The notes under the pieces: model-generated
What the model was told of the DNA's origin: nothing
Databases searched by the model: none
What the model saw: only the letters and a program-made list of their open reading frames with translations
Translations under genes and position numbers: made by a program
Origin: Phoronis australis
Taxonomy: Eukaryota; Animalia; Phoronida
Assembly: GCA_002633005.1 (NCBI GenBank)
Contig: NMRA01000412.1
Span: forward strand, 34,774 to 75,291
Direction of reading: 5' to 3'
DNA: 40,518 bases
Shown: piece after piece, positions 22,971 through 34,989 of the stretch
How positions within the stretch are numbered: position 1 is the stretch's first letter
Layout of the letters: each line of letters opens with the position of its first letter

Positions 22971-25141
22971 GACTGTTCGGTACAGGTTGAATACATCACG
23001 GACAAATCATTCGACTTGCCTTGATACACCGGCTATTATTCCCGTGAGTGGTCATAGCGACAATAATCGATGTGTTTTAAAATAATCCAAATATCAAGTT
23101 GCATTCAAGGGCCGTTATTGACATTTTGCTGTAAAGTCGACGAGTTCACCTGAATCTCCAACATGAGCACGGAAGTGGAGACAGCTTTAACTGGTCTGAT
23201 TTATCGTGCATGCCGGTATTCTACAGTAAGCCAAATAATGTACACACAAAAATTCAGTTATAGTTGTGGGAACAGTTGAGTAAAAAAGGAGAAAACGCAT
23301 ACTAGGCGGGTGTAGGGGGCCAGGGCATGGGCGAAACAAGCCTTTTCAATTTGGCAGGCATAGAACGTATCTTTCTCTAGGATGTCATGAAAATCTTAAA
23401 AAAGAATGCCACCCGATTTAATTAGTTTTTGCTACCGTCTTAATCAGTCTATATCCACATCACCTCGTATACAGTCGATCTCACGTCGCCGAGAGGCGTC
23501 GCGTTAACGTGTGATTATTCAGCTGAGTGTGTGCCGCTACGCTGTGGCGTATCGCTCCCGCTTGTGCGAACCATGAAGCTGCGAAGAAAGCGGGTATGTC
23601 GTTTTTTGATTTCCTCGAGAACCCGAAATGCTTTGGAATTGGTACCCGGCAGTAAAGAACGTAAAATATCTCCGTGTCTGTGGCCGGTATTGTTCTATTT
23701 TGAAATGAAGTATTCTCACCCTAACCAATGTTTGTATAAAACCGAAACAAAGCGTCAAATTCTGTCTCAGTAGATGCAATTTGTAATGCCTTAGGAGTGT
23801 TGAAGTGTGCAAATGCTTTGATAAATCAACCATACTGCGTTACTGGCTTCAGATGCAATAACTAATTGACCGGGGCCCGTGTGAGTGCATGATGATTCAG
23901 TGTATGGTGACAGAAAGCTGTTGTGTGGTCAGATATTAGGGAATCTTTATTTGAATATATATATAAACATTATTAAAATCATTGTACCTGTTCCCCGTAC
24001 GGATCTGTCGAAGGGGAACCTGGATTCGCGGCCTCAGACGAGTAAGTCATTTAATTGCAATTTCGGGGCCATTTCACCAAAATATGCACGTACACATTAT
24101 TTCCTTGGTTCACTAATCTAGAATTTTCGTGACTGGAAGTTTAGTTTTGAATTTTCGCAGCCGACTAACCCGGCTCGCAACGAGCGTTGTGTTTCGAACT
24201 GAAAAATTACAACACATGGCTATGCTCTCCTGTCTGTATTTCACGGAAGAATAATTCTAATTTAATACCGAACAGACTCCAAACTTCCTGCGACCGACCT
24301 CGGTAAGTTGTCCTACCGAACTTTGTAGTGGGCTACGGTACGTTCAAAATTTCTATAAATCCGTACAGCGAAAAAACAACTTATTTGCTTAAAAACTCAA
24401 TGTATTTGTAAGGGATTTACATCAAATTTTGGTGTAAAACAATGAATTCAAGCGATTATCCGACACCAGTAAGCGTCTTGTGAACTGCTGAGCAGACTGT
24501 GTTAGAACCTATGACGTCATTAGTTAATTTCAACACCTCCGTCTGCTGTCTGGTGTCAGGTAAAAGAACTGAACTTGCTGTTATCGAATGGAACTACTCG
24601 ATCTAAATTGATACAAAATACGCGGTTTTTTGGTGGCAATCCCCATTAAGAGGGGGCAAGACAAGTGGAAGCAGTCGAACAAGCTTGTAATACTACACTT
24701 GAATAAAAGTGAATATCATGAGGGTAGTTTCATAGCACCAAGTCAGTTATTACACTACGTAGTTTTTCAATGACAGTTGGTTTACCCCAGATACTGAACT
24801 GATAAAAATTGTTTTACCTTTTCACGGACAAAAACGATAAATTCTCACATTGTTAAAACTGAATTTCGCCCTGGTTAGATGGCTAAAGGACGAAAATCGA
24901 ATTAGGCCTTTTACTCTTATGAAATCGGTCCATCCCTTTGCGTGACAGGATCCTTTTTCCGTCACAAACAAGAACTGGACATACATTGTACCATCAGCGA
25001 CTCGACGAACGGGCTCCGGGCTTTACTGGAACTTACCAAACGTAAAATTGCAAATTCAAAATTGACGACGCATGTACGCCTTGCTGGTGACTTAAATTGT
25101 TAACAGAAATAGAATCCCGTATCGGTAAGGAAAATTGTGAG

Positions 25142-25297
25142 CAGTGCTGTAGTGGGGGGTAGGCGCACGTAGGCGCAGCCAACCACCTTCTGGCATTTCA
25201 ACGTAGCGCCTACGCACCGTAAGTTACGTTCAATGCTCAAGTTGATACTGTGGGCTCAGGGCGCCTACTTACCTCGAGTTTGACCAGTACAGCACTG
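25142..25297. mobile_element. 156-bp hAT-type MITE with 8-bp target-site duplication
   Basis: TIRs CAGTGCTGTAGTGG / CCAGTACAGCACTG (14 bp, 1 mismatch); perfect ATTGTGAG direct repeat at 25134-25141 and 25298-25305. Confidence 0.9.
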
Positions 25298-27774
25298 ATT
25301 GTGAGACCGACTTTATGAGAGCAAGAGGCCTAATTCGACGACTTTCTTTTTCAGTCAGCTGAAACTGGGGGTGGAATACAGATTTAATTTGGGGCTTACA
25401 AGTAAACTGTTCACTGCCAACGAAAAACACGTGAGAGGCCTATCGTATAATGTAGATAACGAGATGGATGGGGTCTGTGCAGGAATGCTGGCAGGTCACT
25501 TTCGTGAACGTGAATGCGGACAAACGCACCACTGAGCTAGGGCTTACATGTATAAACCGCAGAATTGACAAGCAAGCGTTGCTGGCAAACAACACAACAA
25601 CAACGAGTTTAAGAGTGCCTGCACGTAAATCGACTTTCCCGATAGGTCAGTTGCTTAATATGCTGCGCATTCACCACGAACATAGGCCCAGTTCCATATA
25701 CATGTATATCTACAGTGCGTGTGCTGGACCAGCGTGGATCTCATCAGGAACAATCCGTGTAGCCGTCGTGATAGTCGACTGCAATTCTTGTTTTTCATGG
25801 AACGTCTAAGAAGACGGTTCTTGGGAATCCTAGACGCCAGTACGGCAGTTTTGGGAAGTTCAAAAGTGCTGTGTACATGTATGTTCGTGACGGTCTGGGA
25901 AGATGGCGACAATCGCAATGGTCCGTGTAGACGCCGTATTCATCTGGATTCATCACGGATTATCCCGAATCTAGATACCGCAATTTCCGGCATTGTACGC
26001 AGACAGTGAGATTAGAAGTGTGTTGTCGTTAGCTAGTAGACGTCAAAAGTGAAACTAAACATAAAAAGAAAATTATTCTGCAGATGGGACCTTTCTATGC
26101 CCAAGTTGAAAGGGTCATCCTTCGTTGCAAACTAAAGTCAATTCGATGACCAATCACGAGTCAGAAGAGATAGGAGCCGTCTAATCTCGCTATGCTACAA
26201 GTCCACCTGAACTTTACCACGAGTGAAAGGCCGTTATACCTCGTTTATTTTTTCGAACAACACACGTGACGAATATTCACTGGAAGGAGTAATAACAAAA
26301 ATATGGAATGTTAGTTAAATCTATTTATTAAGTGTATGACCAAGCTATCTGATCACCAGGAGTACAAACGTCAACCTGAAACAACTTTTGCTAAATTATT
26401 AAAATATGGAATGATGGCAATATTTAATGCTTTCTTCTTTTGCCCAACAAGATCAACAATTTTCGTTAAATTCCATCCTGAGGTGTTAGCTCACTTAGTC
26501 AGGATAATCCACGCTGTTTACTGTATTGTTTCATAATTCGTGTTTTGTAATCTTGTATGCTAGAGGAGAATAAACATTTGAAACCTAGAAAAAAGAACTG
26601 TGGAATGTGACACCCCCGGCAATCGCAGAAGTTATGCTTCTGGGCAAGGCACTCGACCCCACGCCAAAACAAAAGCCAAAAAGGCAGCATATCCTTTTGA
26701 GGATTATAGCAAACAAGGGTTGTTCATTCATTTCAAATTGTGGATGGGCACCCCTCTGAGTAGACCTACATGTACATGTTGGCGCAAGACTTAAAATAAC
26801 AGAAAGCCGTACATACATGTAGTTAGGTGATTCATAAATTTATCAAGATAATTTATACCTTTGGCTCAAAACAAACACACATTGTGGAGAATACATGCTA
26901 GGCCTGTGGATAGGATGGAGTTAATTGAAGGTTGTCACCGGACTGAAGTAGCATTCACACTTCTTATACCCTATTTCTACAATCATCAAACTGAAAATAT
27001 ATAACACGTCCCTTATGGGGAGGTTTTATTACGAATATTGGAATTTTCTTTCAATGTGAAAGATGAAAACCAAATTTTGTTCTTAAAAGCTATTCAATGT
27101 TGTCGCGCGATTCGGATAATTTTTAAAGTGAGCGAAGATTTCTTGCCTAAACTATCCGCAGTGCGTTTTATTTTTAGCGTTTTTAACGCAATTTCAGTAA
27201 AGTAATCGTGAGGATTTCAAAATTTGAAAAAATAAGTAAAATAAGTATGATAATCCCAATACATTTGAGCCGGGTGTTTATATCGAGAAAAGTACCGGCA
27301 ATAATCTGTACCTTTTAAAATTGACAATTCGAGTTGCAAACTTGAACTGACTTCAGAGCAGGCTTCCAATATTGTTATTCAGGAGGCATCCGCGGCCTTT
27401 AATTCCAGAACTAAACAAGTAGCTTGAATTACATGGCTTGTTACATTACAAAATTTAAAATACATTATTCGGTAATGCTAACTTGGTACTAAAAATAGAA
27501 ATTAGTGCACAATTTTCATAATACGTCCTTCACTTTCGCAATAAAATGAACGAGAAAGTTATTGACCATGATCGCTGTATATTAAAAAGTGATAAAAGCG
27601 ACATTCGTGTAATGTGTACATGTATACAGAGTGATACGCGCAAGAAGTGTTAAAATGAACGAGATATATGTGCACAGATAGAACAGGTGTGAAAAAGATG
27701 TAAAATTGTGTTGTTAACATCGTGGTTATTGTGATAAGGCCTGTGTGTATAAATGAGTTAGTTTTGATCAATCA

Positions 27775-27780
27775 TTTATT
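27775..27780 (-). promoter_or_regulatory. Candidate polyadenylation signal (AATAAA) of the TRIM-NHL gene
   Basis: TTTATT on + strand about 105 nt past the stop at 27885. Confidence 0.4.
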
Positions 27781-27884
27781 GGAATTTTTTGTTAAAAATC
27801 AGTATCCCAATATCGTTTTTACAAAACATTTCATTCAAACATAAGTATACATCCAATCAATAGCACAGGTACATGTATGTTAAA

Positions 27885-29696
27885 TTAGACGTCAAGATAT
27901 TTAAATATTTTCACATCACCTTCGCTCTCCAGCACAGACACCTGCCCTGGGCCCGATGTGCATATGGCTGTAGGCTCAGCGACATCACCCGCCCTGGTGA
28001 TCACGCGTGGACGTGCAGGGCTTAGTAGAATTACATGGTCTTTGTAGTGGTCAGTCACGAGAATGTGGCCGAACTGATCCACGCACACACCGCGCGGCGC
28101 ACATAGTTTATCACTGAATGTGAGTATAACTGCCGGCTGTTTGTGATCAATCACGTACACTCGAGGGGGTAGGTACTGGCTCACAACCAGATGTCCAGAG
28201 TTCTCATCCACACACACATAGCGGGGTGAGAACTCACTCAGGCCTAGAGAACGGGCGTCTATTTGATTATGGACCTTACAATCGAAGTCAGTGAACAACA
28301 CCCGCCCACCATGTGTATCCGTCACTATCAGCTGGTCCATGTGACATGTAATGAATCCCTCACTTTTATACACACCAGGGTAAACCTCCATCACACGACC
28401 CGCAGCGTCATACCTGACAACACCGCCAATGCCGTGGTCGGTGATGAATATCTCACCCAGATTATTACACGTCACATCCCATGGGTTCTGTAGTTGGTAT
28501 TTGGCTTGGTTTAACTTAAATTTTAATTTGAATGTTTTTCCATTAGGCCTAAACACCTTGACATTCGAGTTCTCACTGTCTGTAACAACCAACCCACCAT
28601 CACCCACTGCCATTCCCCAACACCAGCCTGAGCCTTCACTTCTATTCCTCGAACTCAGGCTACTAAATTTCCTCACGAGTTGAGCAGTTTCGTTAAAAGG
28701 CAGTTGAGAGGTCACACGGTGGACAGGTGATTCACCAGAAAATGATGCAACATTTGTTTCTGACTTCGGAGAGAATTTAGAAGGAACAATTTTGTGTTCT
28801 AGCACTGTTACAGTACTTGCAAATTTGGAAGGAATTACAAATTTCTCAACCTTAAACTTAAATACCGACTTTGTCACCTGCGTCTCAATTGGACCAACAT
28901 TTAAATTTTCAAGAAGTGATTGAATCAGATTAAACTGTAGCACTATCTCAGCGTCATGGCACCCAAGAACATTATTCACATAATCTAACACATTTGCAAA
29001 CTTCCCCCTATTCACTTCAGCCTCGTCACTAGCAGCTTTTGCCCGTTTTCTCGCCGCCTCTACCTGTTCATCCAATTCAGCAATAGCTTTCTCTTCGTTA
29101 ACGTTGAGTTGACGAGAGATCTTTGCCAGGAATTCGCTGTACAAGCGATGTATCATACTCCTGCAAGACTTTTGTTGTTGGGATAAACCTTGGAGAATTT
29201 GCTGTCGTTCCTCGTGCAACATTTCCCAGTGCTCTTTAACTTCATTGTATGGCTTTAACATTTTGACCATGGCTTCAGAAGCCTTTTTTGCTGCAGCGCC
29301 TAAGTCTTGAAGTCTGTGTTGATTATGGTTTGAAGTGATGCAACGTGAACATACGGATGTCTTGCACTGTTCACAGTAAAATTCCAAAACCCGGTCTTCG
29401 TGAACTGAACAATGCAATTTATTTAGGCTGTCATCGTTCGTTACAATGTCGCATATGCCGGCATGAAAAAAATTATGCTTGAAGCCACTAGCACCTTCGC
29501 TTGGAACGGGAAATTGGTTTTTGCACAGCGGACATGGAAATTCACCACTTTGCCCCTGTTCTGCCATGTGACTGTCCAAGCAGTTTTCGCAGAATGAGTG
29601 AAGACATGGCAGAACCCTTTGGTCACTGGATTGTTCCAGACACACGGGGCACTCTAAGAGCCGACGCAGCTGGTAAACCGGATCGTTTGACGCCAT
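27885..29696 (-). CDS. TRIM-NHL protein (RING, one B-box, coiled coil, NHL beta-propeller), TRIM2/3/32/56-like putative E3 ligase, 603 aa, single coding exon
   Basis: C3HC4 RING (CPVC...LPCLHSFCENC...CPLC), B-box2 (CSVH...FYCEQCKTSVCSRC...HNQH), helical coiled-coil region, NHL repeats (PWDVTCNNLGEIFITD; PRGVCVDQFGHILVTD; VVTDSENSNVKVF). No filamin domain seen. An acceptor-like ttatctgcag lies 3 nt before the ATG. Confidence 0.95.
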   Translation of the reverse strand: MASNDPVYQLRRLLECPVCLEQSSDQRVLPCLHSFCENCLDSHMAEQGQSGEFPCPLCKNQFPVPSEGASGFKHNFFHAGICDIVTNDDSLNKLHCSVHEDRVLEFYCEQCKTSVCSRCITSNHNQHRLQDLGAAAKKASEAMVKMLKPYNEVKEHWEMLHEERQQILQGLSQQQKSCRSMIHRLYSEFLAKISRQLNVNEEKAIAELDEQVEAARKRAKAASDEAEVNRGKFANVLDYVNNVLGCHDAEIVLQFNLIQSLLENLNVGPIETQVTKSVFKFKVEKFVIPSKFASTVTVLEHKIVPSKFSPKSETNVASFSGESPVHRVTSQLPFNETAQLVRKFSSLSSRNRSEGSGWCWGMAVGDGGLVVTDSENSNVKVFRPNGKTFKLKFKLNQAKYQLQNPWDVTCNNLGEIFITDHGIGGVVRYDAAGRVMEVYPGVYKSEGFITCHMDQLIVTDTHGGRVLFTDFDCKVHNQIDARSLGLSEFSPRYVCVDENSGHLVVSQYLPPRVYVIDHKQPAVILTFSDKLCAPRGVCVDQFGHILVTDHYKDHVILLSPARPRVITRAGDVAEPTAICTSGPGQVSVLESEGDVKIFKYLDV

Positions 29697-30281
29697 ACCC
29701 TGCAGATAACAAAATTAGATGGTTTTCTCTAGATGCTATGGAAAACAACAGTCAATGTATTGTTTGAAGATTCAAGAGTAAAAACTATAATTTAGAATGG
29801 GGGTTACTTGAAAAACGAATCTCTGCAGGAAATCGTGGTACTTGTAGCTTAGTGACTATTGCGTTCTGTCAGACAGAAAGAGAGGGGGAAGAGGGAGGGA
29901 GAAGATGGCGACGAGGGAGGAAGGGGGTGGGAGAGAACAGACGCTTGTGCCAGAGAACTAGCTATGTGAAAATTTCCAGACTATACCAGCTCAAGCTGCG
30001 ACAGTGCGAGGTAATTTGTCAGGATTACTCCCACCGACCTCTGAACGATAGTTATCGTATCGACAAGCACAGTCGTCCGTTGCATCTGTTTTTTAAGTGA
30101 ATTCTGTGATTGCCGTGATACGTAGTCTTTACGTACATATACCTAGGTTCATAAAACTCGGTATAAGACCAGCATTTTTTCAGTCTACTTGCGCAATAAT
30201 CGGCGGGACCAGTGTGTAAATACCGAACTTAGCGTTTACATCATTTCCATAAACTATTGCCAATCCCAGAATTCAGAATCA

Positions 30282-31759
30282 ATACACAAAACGTACCGAG
30301 AGTGGCGTAGATGAAGTATTATCCCATACGCGTTGAATCAGTTGAGTACAATAGGCCATGTAATAATGTTTTCCGTATTCACCTCCCACACTACTTCAAC
30401 AATGACCTCTGACATTGAACGTTCAAAGGTAGGTATATGTCGATTTGACGTCGTTAGCCGGTTCGATCATCAAACTTTCTGAAAATAGTTTAAAGTAATA
30501 CAATTGCAGCAGTGTAAATAACACTCAACATGGAATGAAGTCCCAATAGTAACATCTGGCACAGGACTGTTATTATATGACACTTCTGTTTCAGTTTTCA
30601 ATTGCTAAATATTATATCGTCTGCAACTCAGGTGCCGATTCCTCGCTAACTACATTATGAAATGTTGTTATTTATCTATTTTTCATGAGATGTTACAAGT
30701 TCAATGATTAATTACCGTTGCTTTCATCTTTGTTATCTCTTTTCAAGTTATAAATCGTTAAACTTAAAACTGTTTCTCTTACTAGAGAAAACCAAGTACA
30801 TACGTATAGGATGTGATCCGCCACGTGAACAGTCTGAGTGAGGTATTTGAAAAATCTGTTGAAAAATGAAAGAAACTTAGGAATTCGAAGCGTATGGGAT
30901 AAATACCAAACGTACCTCCATTGGTGTACATGACTAATATCCCACTGGACATCATTCCGCGTATCGACCATAAACTTCGGTCTCGGTCGATACGCGGAAT
31001 AATGTCTCGTGGGATGTTACTTCATCTACGCCACTCTCGGTACGTTTTGTGTATGCATCCCACGAGACATTATTCCGCGTATCGACCGAGACCGAGGGTT
31101 AAGGTCGATACGCGGAATAATGTCGAGTGGGATATTACTTCACTACACCAATGGAGGTACGTTTTGTATTTATCCAATACGCTTTGATTTCCTAAGTTTC
31201 TTTCATTTTTTCGGCAGATCTTTTTAAATACTTTACCCAGTCTGTTCACGTGGCGGATCACACCCTATATGTATATACTTGCGCGTGAGGTTACAAGTTT
31301 TCTCTAGTAAAAAAGCAGTTTTAAAGGTACCGGTTTCTTACTTGAAAAGAGATAACAAAGATGAAAACAACGGTAATTAAGCACTGAACTTGTAACATTT
31401 CCTGAAAATAGTTAAATAACAACAATATTTGATATTGTAATTACCGAGGAATAGGCACCTGAGTAGCAGACGGTATATCTAGCAACTGAAAACTGAGACA
31501 AAAGTGTCATATACTTAACAGTTGTGTACCAGATGTTAAGTTTAGGACCTAATTGCATGTCGAGTGATGGGATTGTATTACTTTAAACAATATTCGGAAA
31601 GTTTGATGATCGAACCGGCTAAGGACGTCGAGTCGACATTGACCTACCTTTTGAACCTTCCATGTCAGAGGGCACTGTTGAAGTAGTACGGGAGGTGAAT
31701 ACTGAAAACAATATCACATGGCCGTATTGCACTCGATTGATTCAACGCGTATGAGATAA
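30282..31759. mobile_element. 1.4-kb imperfect palindrome formed by two inverted copies of a ~0.75-kb hairpin-ended non-autonomous element
   Basis: 30319-31016 aligns along its length with the reverse complement of 31056-31759 (e.g. tagccggttcgatcatcaaactttc / gaaagtttgatgatcgaaccggcta). Each arm ends in a ttccgcgtatcgacc...ggtcgatacgcggaa hairpin. 30282-30318 is the exact reverse complement of 31018-31054. Confidence 0.85.
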
Positions 31760-31899
31760 AAACAAATATCCAATACATTTTCACTTTGTTTTGACTTGTA
31801 GTTATAGTCCTACTAAGATTAACCATTTGTACCAAGCCAATTGGCCTACGTCTGCCTGAGAAGGTGGAATGAGTCGAATTTTATAGCATTTGCAGGTCC

Positions 31900-32440
31900 A
31901 TCAAACTATGTATTTCTAAAATCCTTGATGATCACAGAATATTATTAGGTTCACAAAAGCAATGCCGTGAGTGCATTTTAACAATCGTGATTTTTCACGG
32001 AGATCGACTTCTTTCCACCAGCGTGTATTTTTAGCTGTCTTTCAAGGTCTTTGAACCTGGGAGCTTAGGTTTCAAAAATCAATTGATGTTTTTCGAGGAT
32101 TGCTGACGTCTTCATTTTCACTGCAGAAGTCTTGGGCTAAAAGACCTTTTAAGGTGCCTGGCGCTGTTTTAAAAAATTAACGCCAGGCACGTTTTTTTTT
32201 TCGGCTAACACAACAAAGACACGGAATTTTGAAGTTCCATGTGAAAAAAGTTCTTTGTGGAAATAACCGCGACATCCGTTAAAAATCAAGATTTTTTAGA
32301 AGAAACGCAGTTACAGGAAAATGTAAATGAATCGTTATTTTTGTGCAAATTATATTCTGTGATCATCAGTGAAAATATATAGTTATGGGTAATACTTAAA
32401 AAGTCGAACGATTTCATCCTTGAGTCTAAGGTACCTTAAA
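31900..32440. mobile_element. Possible MITE with subterminal inverted repeats (Kolobok-like)
   Basis: aactatgtattt...tgatgatcacagaatat (~31902-31940) is inverted at atattctgtgatcatca...aaatatatagtt (~32353-32385); right side ends ...ggtaccTTAA. Left terminus and TSD not resolved. Confidence 0.4.
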
Positions 32441-34842
32441 TGGATTACCTCTGGTTTATACCTTCTAGAACTGTTCATTTCCTTGTTACAAGACAACTTT
32501 ACCAAATAACCAATGACAAACAGATAACGTGACACTGAATGTAGATGTGCCAACAAAACCAGTGGTACCAGATAAAGTACGCTGCATCAAATGCAGCGTG
32601 TGAAACAGGTACATGTATGCAGTTGCTCAGATAGATTCACAACTGGTGTGGGCCTGCGGAGTCCACCAACCCCCACTTAGCTACATGTACGTCGGTACTA
32701 CATAGTGTACTTACTTGTAATTGTCAGAACGATTGGGTGGAGCTGTTTGTCGCACCCACCAGGGATCCTGAGAGAGAAGGCGATACTGGATCTAATAACT
32801 CCCCTATATATACCTGCCCGGCGTAACACTCCAATGACCTGATAGACTCCGTTCAATCCTAAATCCCTGATATCCCCAACAACAATCTTCTTTTGTGAGG
32901 TACTTGATAAGCCGACCTCTGACTGTGCTATTTTAGTCATGTTCCGGGACGTGTCTCGATGGTATTTCGATATTTAGCTAATTGTAGGTCTACTTCGACG
33001 ATTGAAATGGAATGTAATAAATTATAAGAAAAATCTTCCTAGATCCGTGAGTTATTTTCTTCAACGCCCTGATGTCAAATCACAAGAAAGAGGAACTGAC
33101 CGACAGCGCCCTTTTTAGTTCTCATTGCAGCAAAGCGACATCGGTCTTGTTGGACGTTACAAATGTAAAGTGCTCACAGCGCTCTCCTCAATAACGGACA
33201 CTTGTGTTTTTTATTTTTTACTGCACGGCAACCATCGTTGATGTAGTATCCGAGAGTTGCACGAATCACTTATCGAAACTGACTTTAAATTTCGAGTTTT
33301 AGTCAAAACATATCAATGTGAAAAAGCTTGCAATTTTCACCATTGCCTAAGAATAAAAGCGCGGAATTACTAAACGCAATTAGCTGACCACGGACGCAGC
33401 TTCACGGGAAGCAGTACAGTACATTCGTAGCTGAATGTGTGCGATGGGAGCAAGTGTTAAAAACATGCCGGGTGCAGTAATTTTTAATTTATTGACCCCT
33501 CTCTTCATTCAGATTTTACTCCCAGTCAAACGCGTCACTCAATATACCCGAATATAGGCTATGGCTTTTGAATCTCGCTTTCGACTTCGCGGCGAATGTA
33601 CGTGTATAATGGTGGCTTGTCACTCGTACCAAGTGTGTATTTTCTGAATTTTAAGCCTACGGATTTCGATAAGATAGCATCTTAATATAATAACTCATGC
33701 TGAGATCATGTGCAACTTAAACTCCCAATTTAATCATAGACATGTGCGTTGAAACCTAGGCTCGGAGTCGAAATAGAATTCGAAAATATTTTTGTCATTT
33801 TTCCGTTTTACTAGTTACCACAATTTAAAAGTATTTGTCTAAACTTCTGTGCTCGATTACATTATTGTTCACTTATTGACTGTATAATTCGCGGCACTTG
33901 ATGAGCCCAGCATTAAAGCGATTAGTTCGAATGTGAACTCAAAATCTGGAGTACCGGTATTTACACTAAATTGTAGCTCAAATCAAGTAAATAATTGTTT
34001 TGAGTAAAAACTTAAAACCCCAGTTCTTGGTGTCATTGCGTCTTCTTACTTGCTTTCTAGATGAACTTGGGACTTTTAGTTATTTATATTTGGAAATGGT
34101 CCGCAGTAGTCGGTATTATCCGCCGATTGAAGAACAATTACAGCCAGGACGTGATTGGGTGATTTACTATCTGTGTTGCAGCGAATTGCACGTACACATC
34201 AGGAAAACAATAGGTTTGTCGATAATTTGAATGTAATTGTCCCTATTATCTTGAGGGGTGTTAGAAGGACTTTGAATCAGTTCCGCCCAAAGAGGCCATT
34301 CGTCAAGTTGAAAATTTATCTACAAGTCTGTCGCCGCCCGGCAACCTGCATCTGAATGTGACGGATTTATAAATATACCCAATGCGTGCTGGAACATGGA
34401 AGTTGATCAGTGAGGCCGTCAGTGACTCCCTATGCCTTACGCACGTAATAGTGAATAGCTCGTTTTAGCCGAAAGTAACAATAGTCACAGGTTTCCTGGA
34501 TAGTTATAAGACCCAGTTTTATTCTGGATATTCAAAGGAGAAAGTGCTTCTCTAAATGCGGGACACCTCTAAGTGTCGAATACCCTTACAGCGACGCTGG
34601 CGTAAAGTGATAGGGGCCTACGTGTAATCGTCTGGCGTAGCGTAAAACACCCGGAGCCCCACCTAGTCTGAACGTGGGTATTTGAACTGTCGACGCCGCT
34701 TTTAGGCTCAACTGAGGAAAATGAAACTTCAAAATTGAAAGTCTCTATTTGCACTTTCATCTGGCGTGCCAACTACTTTGCTACATAAGGGGCTAAAAAG
34801 TTTTTTTTGAGCTTTTTGTTATTTTAAGAACTCCTTAAAAGA

Positions 34843-34989
34843 AGTGCTGTAGTGGGGCGTAGGCGCACCATGCATAGGCGCGGCCAACCACATTTTGGCA
34901 TTTAAACCTAGAGCCTACGCACCGTAAGTTACGTGCGGGGCGTAGGCGCAGCCAACCGTCTTTTTACATCTTAACGTAGCGCCTACGCA
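34843..34989. mobile_element. Partial second copy of the hAT-type MITE family at 25142, with an internal duplication
   Basis: agtgctgtagtgggg..taggcgc...ccaaccac...cctacgcaccgtaagttacgt matches 25143-25229, then the ggcgtaggcgcagccaacc...acgtagcgcctacgca unit repeats. No right TIR or TSD found. Confidence 0.7.

Noticed and set aside
25468-26009. Overlapping 87-113 aa ORFs in a GC-richer patch
   Set aside because: No recognisable domain or convincing splice pattern; left unannotated.
26600-26660. GGGCAAGGCACT motif reminiscent of conserved SINE central domains
   Set aside because: Only a ~12-nt match, with no recognisable head or tail.
28263-29767. Short plus-strand ORFs overlapping the TRIM gene (also those antisense to the Kv exons and the BEL element)
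   Set aside because: Shadow ORFs of real coding sequence with no independent motifs.
30708-31261. Similar small ORFs on both strands (DIIPRID...RSIRGIMS)
   Set aside because: A by-product of the DNA palindromes, not evidence of a peptide family.
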